From positions 1 through 64,000 of IMG/VR virus record IMGVR_UViG_3300032236_001100: DNA of 64,000 nt. One strand, given 5' to 3'. The DNA is from a virus. Shown here piece after piece: positions 1-9,223 of this stretch (position 1 is the first letter of the stretch; the number at the start of each line of letters is the position of its first letter). Below the pieces are notes generated by a model. The model was not told where the DNA came from. It saw only the letters and a program-made list of their open reading frames with translations, and did not search any database. The translations under genes were made by a program, and so were the position numbers.

Positions 1-98
1 AGGGACTGGCCAGTAAGCCAGGGACTGGCCAGTAAGCCAGGGACTGGCCAGTAAGCCAGGGACTGGCCAGTAAGCCAGGGACTGGCCAGTAAGCCAGG
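1..98. repeat. Tandem repeat of 19-bp unit AGGGACTGGCCAGTAAGCC, 5 full copies plus 3 nt, possibly truncated by the window edge
   Basis: Identical units at 1, 20, 39, 58 and 77; each contains the palindrome ACTGGCCAGT; no spacers. Confidence 0.95.
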
Positions 99-207
99 AA
101 TTTTGGTATAGTGAACGAATGTTTAGTATGAAGTCCGCACTGGGAGCCTGGCCCCTATGGCCTCAATAGGGGTTGGCGGTAGGAAAAAAGCCGCGCCGGA
201 GCGCGCG

Positions 208-326
208 CCCCCCCCTATGATTTTTGGAAACCAAAAACGATACCTCCCCGTAGATTTTTGGGAATATCCAACCAGCCCCCCGTATGATTTTTGGGAAGAA
301 AATAGGAAATTTCTGCGTCGATTTTG
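208..326 (+). repeat. Phased C-tract/GATTTT(T) repeats, candidate packaging or terminus signal
   Basis: GATTTT at 219, 253, 286 and 320 (33-34 bp period); the first three follow a C-run and precede GG(G)AA; located downstream of terS. Confidence 0.7.
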
Positions 327-394
327 CTTGGGGTTCAATTAATCACTAGAATAGATTGCTTAACCCCTCATCGTCCCGCCACAGAGGAAATACA

Positions 395-760
395 ATGCCT
401 AAGCCCGAGTTGCCGATCATCAAATTGCCCCAAACAAACGCGCCAGACTATCGGTTCCTTGGCGAACCTATCATGCGTTACCCGGACGGTGACGCCACTG
501 AACCCGGTCAACCGGAACCAGAGGTGATATCCGAGTTGTTCATCACCCTGGATGGTACTTATGTGATATGGCTGAATATCAACGGCATGAAGAAAGCGCA
601 CCCGTTCCCGGACGCCAGGGCAGCGGCAAAGTATCTCGACGACTCGATCAGAGCGAAAGGGAAATTCATGCAAGAGCGAGTGCGCGGCATGGTCAGATAT
701 CTATACAACCAGATTCGTCGTGAAGTTCGTGATGCTCGGGATAAGCAGCGACTTCAATAA
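395..760 (+). CDS. Hypothetical protein
   Basis: ATG 395 preceded by AGAGGA; overlaps the 3' end of terS convergently. Confidence 0.55.
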   Translation: MPKPELPIIKLPQTNAPDYRFLGEPIMRYPDGDATEPGQPEPEVISELFITLDGTYVIWLNINGMKKAHPFPDARAAAKYLDDSIRAKGKFMQERVRGMVRYLYNQIRREVRDARDKQRLQ

Positions 761-1418
761 CCTGAGCTTCGCTATCGGGTTCCCAAGTCGTCCGGTAGCT
801 CACGTCAAGGGCTGTCTGTTCGATTGCTTCCGACTGGCTGGATACCGGCTTGCCGGAAGCAATCGCCCTTAACTGGGCCTCGCTGAGTTTTGATAGGTCA
901 AAGTTATTGACCTGAACGTCAGGCTTATCATCCCACAATCCGTGATATTTACCGAGTGTTTCGAGCGCACGAATACGGTCATAGAATTCGACCGAATCAC
1001 CTTGTTTAGTCGGCGTCACTTTCTTAACGAACGCCGCCGCGCCACACTCGAAAGCGCGTTGCCAGTCCCACGTTTTATACCCGCCATCGTGGATGATAAA
1101 GCACGATTGAATTGCTTCCATATCAGGGAATGCTTGATCGGTAATTGCCGCTAATACCTCACCCGGATTACCCGCGAAACACGAAGATAATTGATCAACC
1201 GCCTTAACTACGTGTGGTCGAGATAGCATATCGGCGGCAATCTGCCTCAACTCAGCGCGAGAGAGGCTTTCATCGGTAATTTTTGCCGCTGCCTTGATAG
1301 CCCCGGACGGTCCAGGTGTGGAAGCGTAGGCAACCACAAAGTCGGCTTCAAGCGGGTCAAGTTGCCTCAGTCTCGCCTTAGCAGACTCTGGCAAACTGGT
1401 GTTTTTTGTTCGTGCCAT
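693..1418 (-). CDS. terS: Terminase small subunit
   Basis: N-terminal FVVAY...AA...ML.RP.V HTH-like pattern, then YDRIRALETLGKYHGLW and DLSKLSEAQL tail typical of Terminase_2 proteins; same strand as the structural genes. Confidence 0.8.
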   Translation of the reverse strand: MARTKNTSLPESAKARLRQLDPLEADFVVAYASTPGPSGAIKAAAKITDESLSRAELRQIAADMLSRPHVVKAVDQLSSCFAGNPGEVLAAITDQAFPDMEAIQSCFIIHDGGYKTWDWQRAFECGAAAFVKKVTPTKQGDSVEFYDRIRALETLGKYHGLWDDKPDVQVNNFDLSKLSEAQLRAIASGKPVSSQSEAIEQTALDVSYRTTWEPDSEAQVIEVAAYPEHHELHDESGCIDI

Positions 1419-1532
1419 TTTCGGTACGTACTCCGATAAACAAGTAATTATTAGTACAGACTAAATATAACCATAACGCCGGGCTGACCTGCAACCAATT
1501 ATCAAGTTGCAAAAAAACTTTCTGGCAACCTA

Positions 1533-1561
1533 TTGACATTTATTGTCTTACTTGTTAAATT
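1533..1561 (+). promoter_or_regulatory. Sigma70-type early promoter P1
   Basis: TTGACA-17 bp-TAAATT. Confidence 0.75.
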
Positions 1562-1615
1562 AGACTTGTCGATTGATGAACGGCAAGTTGAAACCAACAC
1601 GAGAGGAACTAGTCG

Positions 1616-2038
1616 ATGCCTTACATTTACCTGGCTGATCTTTACTGTGACAAGTGCGGTGAAGCAATCCTTGACGATATCCACACTAACCGTCCACTGT
1701 CCGTTCCACCTAACCCTAGCGACGAATCAAGCTATGACTCGGACGAATACCCTAAGTACGCTTCTGGCGACGATGAAGCCGATTGTCCTCAGCACTGTGC
1801 TTGTGGTTCTGGTTGCCTTGCCGCTGAGGTGACTCCATCGGGGCGCAACGTGGGCTACTTCTTTATGAACGCCCTTACCAGTGAGGGTGAAGACTACGTA
1901 GTCCAGAGGTACCTCGAAGACCCGGCAAACGAAGTTGCACTTATGTGGTTCGATCACTATGCAAGCCAGGGCTACTCCAAAGTTGAGGAAGTCAAGAAAA
2001 TGAGTGACGATCTTCTAGAATTCCTCCTGGCCGACTGA
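1616..2038 (+). CDS. Acidic Cys-containing hypothetical protein
   Basis: CGAGAGGA RBS at 1600-1607; CxxC motifs; D/E-rich. Confidence 0.8.
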   Translation: MPYIYLADLYCDKCGEAILDDIHTNRPLSVPPNPSDESSYDSDEYPKYASGDDEADCPQHCACGSGCLAAEVTPSGRNVGYFFMNALTSEGEDYVVQRYLEDPANEVALMWFDHYASQGYSKVEEVKKMSDDLLEFLLAD

Positions 2039-2097
2039 CCGTTACCACTCCCCTACCCTTACCGCTGACCCGGTCCAACACGAGAGGATAGATAGTG

Positions 2098-2433
2098 ATG
2101 CCATTCATGACGCCCAAATACGATCACGGTGGTTACTATGCGGTCGAGACTACCCACGGCACCGAATGTGTCCCAGCAAGCCTAGTAGGGCTTCACGCGA
2201 CGATTGAAGACCTGATCGACTACACTGAGGGCAACCCTCACGAAGATCAGGATATTGAATTCAAGGCCGGTGTAGGCGTTCGACTGTCCGCACCTGGCTA
2301 TATGGATTGCACTGACTGGTCTTTCTTCGCCACTGAAGATGAGGCCCGCGAGTACGTCAAGGATACCTATGAAGTTGACCCCGATAGCGGTGAAGACCTC
2401 ACTGGCGACGATGAAACTGGCGACAATCAATAA
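2098..2433 (+). CDS. Acidic phage hypothetical protein (RLSAPGYMDCTDW motif)
   Basis: CGAGAGGA RBS at 2081-2088; strongly acidic. Confidence 0.8.
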   Translation: MPFMTPKYDHGGYYAVETTHGTECVPASLVGLHATIEDLIDYTEGNPHEDQDIEFKAGVGVRLSAPGYMDCTDWSFFATEDEAREYVKDTYEVDPDSGEDLTGDDETGDNQ

Positions 2434-2460
2434 AGTTGCCAAAAAGTTGCAACAAAGTTA

Positions 2461-2489
2461 TTGACAATAGTACGTACCGATATTACATT
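2461..2489 (+). promoter_or_regulatory. Sigma70-type early promoter P2
   Basis: TTGACA-17 bp-TACATT. Confidence 0.75.
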
Positions 2490-2543
2490 GTATAAGTCGA
2501 GTGAATGAACGCTCGACTTGACCCAACCCGAGAGGATAGAACG

Positions 2544-2846
2544 ATGGACTTTTTCCGACGATACGAGAACGAACCGGTTTCTACGCTCCTGGCCTTGCCC
2601 TGGAATACGGTCCAGATCGTCATTCCTAAGAACGATGGTAGCAAAATCTGCTACGGTGAAGAGCTTGCACCCGCTGATGCAACCAAAGAAGTCCTGGCTT
2701 ATTGGGTTGCCTATGCGAAAGAAAGAAACCTTGATATCGAGCTTTACTTCAACGCCTGTAAATGTCTTCTGTCAGACGGGCTGACGGTCAAGATCAACGA
2801 AGACCTGATCGTGACCCGTTGCGTAGAAGCGTGTCTGGGCGGTTAA
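2544..2846 (+). CDS. Hypothetical protein
   Basis: CGAGAGGA RBS at 2529-2536 places the start at ATG 2544. Confidence 0.75.
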   Translation: MDFFRRYENEPVSTLLALPWNTVQIVIPKNDGSKICYGEELAPADATKEVLAYWVAYAKERNLDIELYFNACKCLLSDGLTVKINEDLIVTRCVEACLGG

Positions 2847-2864
2847 TTTTCAAACTGCAACCCG

Positions 2865-2893
2865 TTGACAATTACTGTCCTACTTGTTAGAAT
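2865..2893 (+). promoter_or_regulatory. Sigma70-type early promoter P3
   Basis: TTGACA-17 bp-TAGAAT. Confidence 0.8.
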
Positions 2894-2968
2894 GTAATTC
2901 TAATCAACGTGGTAGCAAGTTCTGACCGGCTTGCTATCACCTTATTCTCAACCGAGAGGAATATGCTT

Positions 2969-3811
2969 ATGTGTGTGATCATCGACCGTCCCGCTGGTGT
3001 AGTTGTTACCAAGTCTATGGTTGAAGCCGCGACTACCCGCAATAGTGATGGCTGGGGTATTGCCATCACCCGCAAAGATGGCGTTATTGAGGTCGTTCGC
3101 GGTTTCGGTAGCAAAAAAGCGTTCAAGGCCGTTAAGAACGCTGGTGAATGCCCGTTCGTTTTTCACGCTCGACTGGCAACACACGGTGTTATCAACGTCG
3201 ATAACTGTCACCCGTTCACGATTCTTGACGGCCAGTATGTGGTGATTCACAACGGCATCGTTGATGCTGTCCCAGAAGTCTGGACAGAGTACAGTGATAC
3301 CGCCCACCTTGCCTACGGCATCATTGAGCCTATGCTCAACATGCACCCCGAGTGGTTCGACGATGGAACACTTGCCAAGTTCGTTGATGCCCTGGCTGGC
3401 TACTCCAAGATCGTGATTATCCGCGCTTCTGACGGCAAGCACTGCTGGGTTAACCGTCACTTGGGTGAAGACTATGACGGCCTCTGGATTTCTAACCGCA
3501 CTTGCGTTCCGGTAGTCGCCACGGTCGCCAGGATTGTTGACAAAGTACCCTCTGGCAAGAAAGCGACTAAGGGAACCGCTAAGAAGTCCGTTTCCTCTTC
3601 GTCACTTTGGGGCGACTGGGACTTCATGACTGAAGCCGAAAACGATGATCGTTGGTCCCCTGAACCAGTCGGAGACTACACCACGGTCAACCAGCGCGGA
3701 CTCTGGCAGATGAACGATCTTGCATATTGCACATATCACGATATTGTCGATCTGTGCAAGAATGATCCCGAGGGTATGGCGTCACTGATTCACGACTATC
3801 TCGATAACTGA
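2969..3811 (+). CDS. Class II glutamine amidotransferase (Ntn-hydrolase)
   Basis: Starts M-C-V-I-I (N-terminal Cys); NSDGWG, FHARLATHG, NCHPF, HNGI and SDT motifs; RBS at 2953-2960. Confidence 0.9.
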   Translation: MCVIIDRPAGVVVTKSMVEAATTRNSDGWGIAITRKDGVIEVVRGFGSKKAFKAVKNAGECPFVFHARLATHGVINVDNCHPFTILDGQYVVIHNGIVDAVPEVWTEYSDTAHLAYGIIEPMLNMHPEWFDDGTLAKFVDALAGYSKIVIIRASDGKHCWVNRHLGEDYDGLWISNRTCVPVVATVARIVDKVPSGKKATKGTAKKSVSSSSLWGDWDFMTEAENDDRWSPEPVGDYTTVNQRGLWQMNDLAYCTYHDIVDLCKNDPEGMASLIHDYLDN

Positions 3812-3892
3812 GGAACGCTGGCGGCTTAACTTTCGTCACGAGTCAGTCTGACCGCTGATTCGTGGCCTTTACCTAACCGAGAGGATAGAACG

Positions 3893-4342
3893 ATGGCTGA
3901 TTGCAAGATCATTGCACGGGGCATGCTTGGAGACCATCAGATTGAAGCCCCTGTGGTCAATCCAGGTGGGTGGTTCGGCCAAACGTGGCTGATTGAAATC
4001 GGTGGTTCATACTGGCCTAGCTACTTCTGTGTTGAGGCCGATACGCTTAGTGATGCCATTGATGAGTTTAGTGATTCACAGTATGGCCACCTGATTCATA
4101 TCAATGAATCGGACCTTGCAGACTACGGCATCGACACGGACGAACCTACGTGTTACTTCGCTGGCAACGATGGCAAGCCGTCTGACCTTACTAACATGGC
4201 TATCCACGGCATTGAGGGACGTAGGGGACGCAAGCCCTGGAATTGTCGCTACTTCGCCACTGAGGGTAAGCGTTGGCCACGATCTGGGGTTGACCCCTTG
4301 CGGGTTGACGTAGTGGTTGCCTTGACTGAGGAAAAAAGTTGA
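3893..4342 (+). CDS. Hypothetical protein
   Basis: CGAGAGGA RBS at 3878-3885. Confidence 0.8.
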   Translation: MADCKIIARGMLGDHQIEAPVVNPGGWFGQTWLIEIGGSYWPSYFCVEADTLSDAIDEFSDSQYGHLIHINESDLADYGIDTDEPTCYFAGNDGKPSDLTNMAIHGIEGRRGRKPWNCRYFATEGKRWPRSGVDPLRVDVVVALTEEKS

Positions 4343-4352
4343 CGGCAACCTA

Positions 4353-4381
4353 TTGACAACAATACGTACCCGTGGTACATT
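4353..4381 (+). promoter_or_regulatory. Sigma70-type early promoter P4 with adjacent operator-like palindrome GTTGACGGCAAC (4338-4349)
   Basis: TTGACA-17 bp-TACATT. Confidence 0.75.
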
Positions 4382-4429
4382 ATGTAAGTCGAGTGAATAA
4401 ACGACCTGAAACACGAGAGGATATCAAGG

Positions 4430-5125
4430 ATGCCCAAGTCAATCGAGATTAAGGTTTACACGCTGGCCGAACTGAAGTCGATGGCTGACGCCAAAGATGC
4501 AAGCAAGGCCCAGCGCAAGGCTTACGAGAAAGCACTTGAATGGGTGCGAGAGGGTCAAGCCGATGGCAATTACTGGCACGAAGAAATCATTGCAGACTGG
4601 ACTTACAACCTGAAGCGAATCGGCTTCACCGCCCCCAGAATTTTCTTCAGTGGTTTCGGTAGCCAGGGTGACGGGGCTTGCTTCACTTGCAACTCCATCG
4701 ACTTCGAGAAACTGGCCGTTGCCATCGCGGAAGCAAAAAGCAACCTGATGCCTGATCGTAGTGACGTGACTGAGTTTCTCTTGACCATTCGCAACTATAA
4801 GCCGTTCGTGTCCCGGCTTGCCAAATTGTGTGACGGTGGCTTCATTGAGATGGCAATCGAGCGCGGCACGTCACGTTACTGTCACGAGAAAACGGTAGAA
4901 TTGACCGTTGACGCTCATGAGTCGAGCAATACCCGCAAGACCGCCTTCAAGACTCGCCTTGAAGAGTTCAAGCAAGACCTTGACTGGTTTCGCGTCAGAC
5001 TGTGCCGCGCAATCTACCGTGACCTTGAAAGTTCCTACGACTACCTCATGAGCGACGAAGCATGCATTGGTATGGCTGAGGCCAACGATTACACGTTCAC
5101 CGAGTACGGTATGAGACTAGGCTAA
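4430..5125 (+). CDS. Conserved phage/plasmid early protein (FSGFxSQGDGA motif)
   Basis: VYTLAEL...FSGFGSQGDGACF...ANDYTFTEYG pattern; RBS at 4414-4421. Confidence 0.75.
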   Translation: MPKSIEIKVYTLAELKSMADAKDASKAQRKAYEKALEWVREGQADGNYWHEEIIADWTYNLKRIGFTAPRIFFSGFGSQGDGACFTCNSIDFEKLAVAIAEAKSNLMPDRSDVTEFLLTIRNYKPFVSRLAKLCDGGFIEMAIERGTSRYCHEKTVELTVDAHESSNTRKTAFKTRLEEFKQDLDWFRVRLCRAIYRDLESSYDYLMSDEACIGMAEANDYTFTEYGMRLG

Positions 5126-5219
5126 CGCCCATACCGCACCCGCAACCACTTACCCCGCTTCGTGATTTTTTGAGTTTCTTTACACTGCTCTGACCGGCAT
5201 TACCCGAGAGGATTGACCG

Positions 5220-5936
5220 ATGATGAATCTGCCTAAGATCGAAGACTTGTCTGGCGACACGATTGATAGCAAGCCCGTTGAATTCGATTTCAGCACGGGC
5301 TACGGTGAAACGTGGGATATCGTCCAAGAATACCCGGAAGACTGGACCGCTGAGGATTGCAAGCGGTTCCTTGACGATAATGGCCGCGACTATGACAGTG
5401 AGCTGACCCGCTACTTCCACGACCTTGAAGCCCTCATGCCTGATGATGCTACTGAGGAACTTGAATCGTCCGACACGCCTGAAGGTCTTATCAAGGCCCT
5501 TGACGCCAGGCTGATCGACCATACTGACGAAGATAGCAAGCACTGCACCGAGCTTCGCTACCTGGCTTCAGAAGTGCTGTCTAACAGCGACTACAACTTC
5601 CCAGTCATGAACTATATCTACCCGCTGCCAAGCGGTGACGCCGATAGGATTAGGGGCAAAGTCAACAATCTTGTTAGTACGACCTTGATTCACCGCCTGG
5701 ATACCGATACTTACGGACTGGCCTTAACTGGCGGCGGGATGGACTTCTCAATCGAAATCTGCAAGTCGTTCATCGCCCTTGGCTATATGCCGCCAGTCCA
5801 CTTCTGTGACCTGCCCCGTATGTCCGGGTTCCCGTCAAGCCGTTTCGACCGCTTGGTGATTGAGGCGTGCAAGGAATCGTGCCGTATCGCTATCAAGCGT
5901 ATCGGCTTCACTATCTACCGCCTAGAATCGTTCTGA
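5220..5936 (+). CDS. Acidic hypothetical protein (LALTGGGMD motif)
   Basis: RBS at 5205-5212; 238-aa ORF. Confidence 0.8.
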   Translation: MMNLPKIEDLSGDTIDSKPVEFDFSTGYGETWDIVQEYPEDWTAEDCKRFLDDNGRDYDSELTRYFHDLEALMPDDATEELESSDTPEGLIKALDARLIDHTDEDSKHCTELRYLASEVLSNSDYNFPVMNYIYPLPSGDADRIRGKVNNLVSTTLIHRLDTDTYGLALTGGGMDFSIEICKSFIALGYMPPVHFCDLPRMSGFPSSRFDRLVIEACKESCRIAIKRIGFTIYRLESF

Positions 5937-5989
5937 CCTAACCCTCTTATGTATCACCCCCCAGCCATAGATTTTTGGGAGCCAATACG

Positions 5990-6262
5990 ATGGATGCCAG
6001 CAAGCTACTGAATTCGGCCACTGCCGCCGCTGATGGCACGTATGTTCTGTATGCACCTCGCGCTAATCGCGCGGTCCTCATGGTGGCCAAAAACAACCGA
6101 GTCGCTATGGTGGCCGTTGTCGATGAAAGTTCCTATTACGGTTGGGCCGTTACTCGCGTTACTGGTTCCGAAGCGGAGCTAGTAGCTTCGACGGTCTTCT
6201 GTCAGCCATCTGGCCAACCAAGCGGAGTCGATCTTGCCAAAGTTGACGTGTTCAAGTTCTGA
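5990..6262 (+). CDS. Hypothetical protein
   Basis: GGAG upstream of ATG 5990; fills the gap between two junction motifs. Confidence 0.65.
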   Translation: MDASKLLNSATAAADGTYVLYAPRANRAVLMVAKNNRVAMVAVVDESSYYGWAVTRVTGSEAELVASTVFCQPSGQPSGVDLAKVDVFKF

Positions 6263-6340
6263 GTTAATTTCGGCAAGCAAACTGATTCTAAACCCGGCGT
6301 TTCCGGTACTGACCCCCGGACACGATTTTTGAGACTGAGC

Positions 6341-6358
6341 TGTCTCCGCGCGGAGACA
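6341..6358. repeat. Perfect palindrome TGTCTCCGCGCGGAGACA (copy 1 of 5)
   Basis: Same 16-bp core at 19343, 33130, 40780 and 55686. Confidence 0.9.
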
Positions 6359-6380
6359 AACAACCGAGAGGATATTGATC

Positions 6381-6836
6381 ATGCCTATCACTCGCAACGG
6401 CTTAGAACTTCACTGTTACGCGCCAGGTGACGGTGCCCTATCTTTTAGCTGGGTTGACATTAGAGAGGGAAACGTAGTCCCTGGAAAGGTAACGCCATCA
6501 CTTGCGCGTAGATTCCTGAAAAGTCGTGACGGACTGGGACGCCGCGACTATCACGTTGTGACAGTCAACGGTGAAGTCAGACTTGCACCACCTGTTAGGC
6601 GTGTCTGTGACGACGTGGTTCGTGTTAAATGGCATATGTCAACGCTATGCAAAAATTACGCAGACGTTCGTATCGAAGTCACTGGTGGGCCTGGCCCAGT
6701 CACGTTCTACCAGCTTAAAGCATGGACTATTGACGAGGATGGAACCAAAGTCGATTTCAAGCATATCTCTAGTTTGATGGCCATCGTTTTCTTTCTGAAC
6801 CACCAGCAACTCTACAAGGAACTGGGCCTGGCATAA
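6381..6836 (+). CDS. Hypothetical protein flanked by an exact 19-bp direct repeat
   Basis: RBS at 6365-6372; ACCCCCGGACACGATTTTT at 6312-6330 and 6856-6874. Confidence 0.75.
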   Translation: MPITRNGLELHCYAPGDGALSFSWVDIREGNVVPGKVTPSLARRFLKSRDGLGRRDYHVVTVNGEVRLAPPVRRVCDDVVRVKWHMSTLCKNYADVRIEVTGGPGPVTFYQLKAWTIDEDGTKVDFKHISSLMAIVFFLNHQQLYKELGLA

Positions 6837-6927
6837 AGCTCTAGCTACGCGAAACACCCCCGGACACGATTTTTCGAGATTGACTAAGCCGCTGACCCGG
6901 CCATTCCCAAACGAGAGGACCACGATC

Positions 6928-7338
6928 ATGACAGACACGATTCTTGAAGCGGTACTTGATTCCTATATCGAGTGCGCATTATGGACTACCACCGACGAAT
7001 CAGACGAACGTGGCGGCAACCCGCTTGACGATAACTATGGGCCGTCTGATCTTTCCCCAGAAGCCCTGGAAGCGATGCGCAAGGATTGTGCCAGGTTCCT
7101 CAGAGACAATAAGGTGATCCTTGAGACTTTTGACGAACTTTACCCTAACTGGTTCACCAAGTACTCGACTGAAGAAATGATCGGCCACGACTTCTGGCTG
7201 ACCCGCAACGGTCACGGAGCTGGCTTCTGGGACGGCGGCTGGCCCGGTATTACCGGCGATATTCTCACCCGGTCGTGCAAGGCGTTTGGCGAGTGCAACC
7301 TGTACGTGGGTGACGATAGCAAGATTTATGTTTGCTAA
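6928..7338 (+). CDS. Conserved phage hypothetical protein (GHDFWLTRNGHGAGFWD motif)
   Basis: RBS at 6912-6919; motif recognised from phage hypothetical proteins. Confidence 0.8.
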   Translation: MTDTILEAVLDSYIECALWTTTDESDERGGNPLDDNYGPSDLSPEALEAMRKDCARFLRDNKVILETFDELYPNWFTKYSTEEMIGHDFWLTRNGHGAGFWDGGWPGITGDILTRSCKAFGECNLYVGDDSKIYVC

Positions 7339-7411
7339 TATCGGCAGCGACTCAATAACCCCACCGCAAGATTTTTTAATCCGGGTTCACACAATACGAA
7401 AGGATACGACG

Positions 7412-7714
7412 ATGGCAAGAGTTAAGAAAGTCAAGCCGCTGAAAATGCCGGTAGCACTCAAAAACGCATTGTACAATGCGTCCAAAAATTGCACTGGAAG
7501 CATTGCGAGTGGCTGCAAGCATAGCATCGAAAGAAACCAAGCATACGGTCGAGGCATCATCGTTGGTTGCGTTAGCGCGTTAATGGCAACCGGCATGACG
7601 TTTGATGAAGCCTGGCTGTTCATTGGCGGCAATATCCCTACCGACTATGACGAGGCATGCGTCCCCGATACATGGCCGCTTCGCCAGCTTTCAAAGTCTC
7701 AACCCTCTCAGTGA
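7412..7714 (+). CDS. Hypothetical protein
   Basis: CGAAAGGA RBS at 7397-7404. Confidence 0.7.
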   Translation: MARVKKVKPLKMPVALKNALYNASKNCTGSIASGCKHSIERNQAYGRGIIVGCVSALMATGMTFDEAWLFIGGNIPTDYDEACVPDTWPLRQLSKSQPSQ

Positions 7715-7774
7715 TTTTTGGGAATCACTGTCGCCCGTTCCTGAACCGTTCGCCAGCAATCAAGGAAAATCACA

Positions 7775-8197
7775 ATGGCCTTCAAGTCGCCACGACTCAA
7801 AGATCGTAACGCATCCATTCCAGAAATTCTCGACCGCCTCTTTTCCGGCAAGCGAGTCGATGAAGTCACACTCCGAAACGCTAAAGCCGAGTACGACAAG
7901 CTCAAATTGATCAAGTCGGCTAAGACCACCAAGCCACTGACCGGTGAGGAACGCCAGCGTAGGGCGCGAGGCCGTCCAAAAAACTCCGAGCCAATGGCAC
8001 GCTTCAACATGAAGCTAACGCAATCCGAGCTGACGGCCTGGAATGATGCGTGCGATATATTGAAATACGAGTCGCTTTCCGCTATGGTCCGGTTCGCGGT
8101 GAACGGCCTCGTGAATAACGTGATCGAAACCAAGCATAATGTAATGCCACTCAATCAAGAAAACACCGGCCAGCAACCAACCACCCCCGCCCCATGA
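7775..8197 (+). CDS. Ribbon-helix-helix DNA-binding protein with RGRP hook
   Basis: RGRP...RFNMKL...W......SLSAMVRFAV, a beta-strand/helix/helix pattern. Confidence 0.7.
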   Translation: MAFKSPRLKDRNASIPEILDRLFSGKRVDEVTLRNAKAEYDKLKLIKSAKTTKPLTGEERQRRARGRPKNSEPMARFNMKLTQSELTAWNDACDILKYESLSAMVRFAVNGLVNNVIETKHNVMPLNQENTGQQPTTPAP

Positions 8198-8478
8198 TTT
8201 CCCAGATTAAAATTCGAGGTCGAACCTACCGCTTGGAAAAGATCAGCAGTAGGTTTATCCTCTCTTACGGCGAACGGTCCCACCGGGTTGATCAAGACGA
8301 CAACCAATGGTGCGGTTGGATATGCGATTGCGAGGACTTCGCCTACCGCCGCGAGGGCAATAAAGCTGACCCCTGCAAGCATATCTTAGCTTTGCACAAT
8401 CAGGGCTTCACAGTTCTGTCAGACAGATATCTCTTTCAGCCAGCCGATTCACAAGACACGAAAGGGCCGATAAAATGA
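8194..8478 (+). CDS. SWIM zinc-finger protein
   Basis: CDC-x13-CKH motif. Confidence 0.75.
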   Translation: MISQIKIRGRTYRLEKISSRFILSYGERSHRVDQDDNQWCGWICDCEDFAYRREGNKADPCKHILALHNQGFTVLSDRYLFQPADSQDTKGPIK

Positions 8479-9179
8479 CCGTTGCATCCATCGCACCGGA
8501 ACCATTGCTGAAAACGACCACAACCGCCATGACGCCGATCACCCAAGTGATAGAGCGTGTCCTCATGCGAGACACGCCAACCGATCACGAAGTCGAATCT
8601 GCCTGCAAAGAATTCAAGGCAATCGCACCGTTCGCTGTCCCAGACGGCAAGCTGGAAAAGCTGATCTCTTCATTGTCCAACGAAGATGAGTTCCCCAGCG
8701 ACTCGTTGGCCTCGCAAGCCCTACGCGAGTACGAGCAAGCCGTGATCCAGCGATACCTCGTAACGACCGGCAAGTCGTTCAAGCCGCCCCGCAAGGCCAA
8801 AGAAGCCGACCATAAGCCCAAACGGCCACGAGGCCGTCCCAGGCTTGACAAAGATATGAAAAATCTGCACTTTCGAGTCGAGACAAAACGCCTCGAAGCC
8901 TGGAAAGAAGTCAGTCGCAAGCTCGGTTTCAATAGCGTTTCCGCGATGGTTCGTCACGCTATGAACGGCTTAGTCGAATCTGGTCTGGTGATCTCAGAAG
9001 ACGAGCTTCACGAGGAACGTCAGCACCATGAAGACGTTATGACAGGCGCGTCTGTCAGGATCACCATAGGCGAATTAAAGTCATGGGAAGATTACTGTCA
9101 ACAATACGGCAACCGAATAGTTGCGGCTATCATCAGGATTGCCGCCGAACGCCTTACTCGGCCATTCGGAGATATGTAA
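8475..9179 (+). CDS. Tandem ribbon-helix-helix protein, paralogue of 7775-8197
   Basis: RGRP...LHFRV...W......SVSAMVRHAMNGLV plus a second RHH-like unit at the C-terminus. Confidence 0.7.
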   Translation: MTVASIAPEPLLKTTTTAMTPITQVIERVLMRDTPTDHEVESACKEFKAIAPFAVPDGKLEKLISSLSNEDEFPSDSLASQALREYEQAVIQRYLVTTGKSFKPPRKAKEADHKPKRPRGRPRLDKDMKNLHFRVETKRLEAWKEVSRKLGFNSVSAMVRHAMNGLVESGLVISEDELHEERQHHEDVMTGASVRITIGELKSWEDYCQQYGNRIVAAIIRIAAERLTRPFGDM

Positions 9180-9223
9180 AATCCAGAGAAAAAATGCAAT
9201 CAGAAAATAATTCCGGTTGCCAA

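Noticed and set aside
1-98. CRISPR array
   Set aside because: Units are contiguous with no spacers, and no cas genes are present
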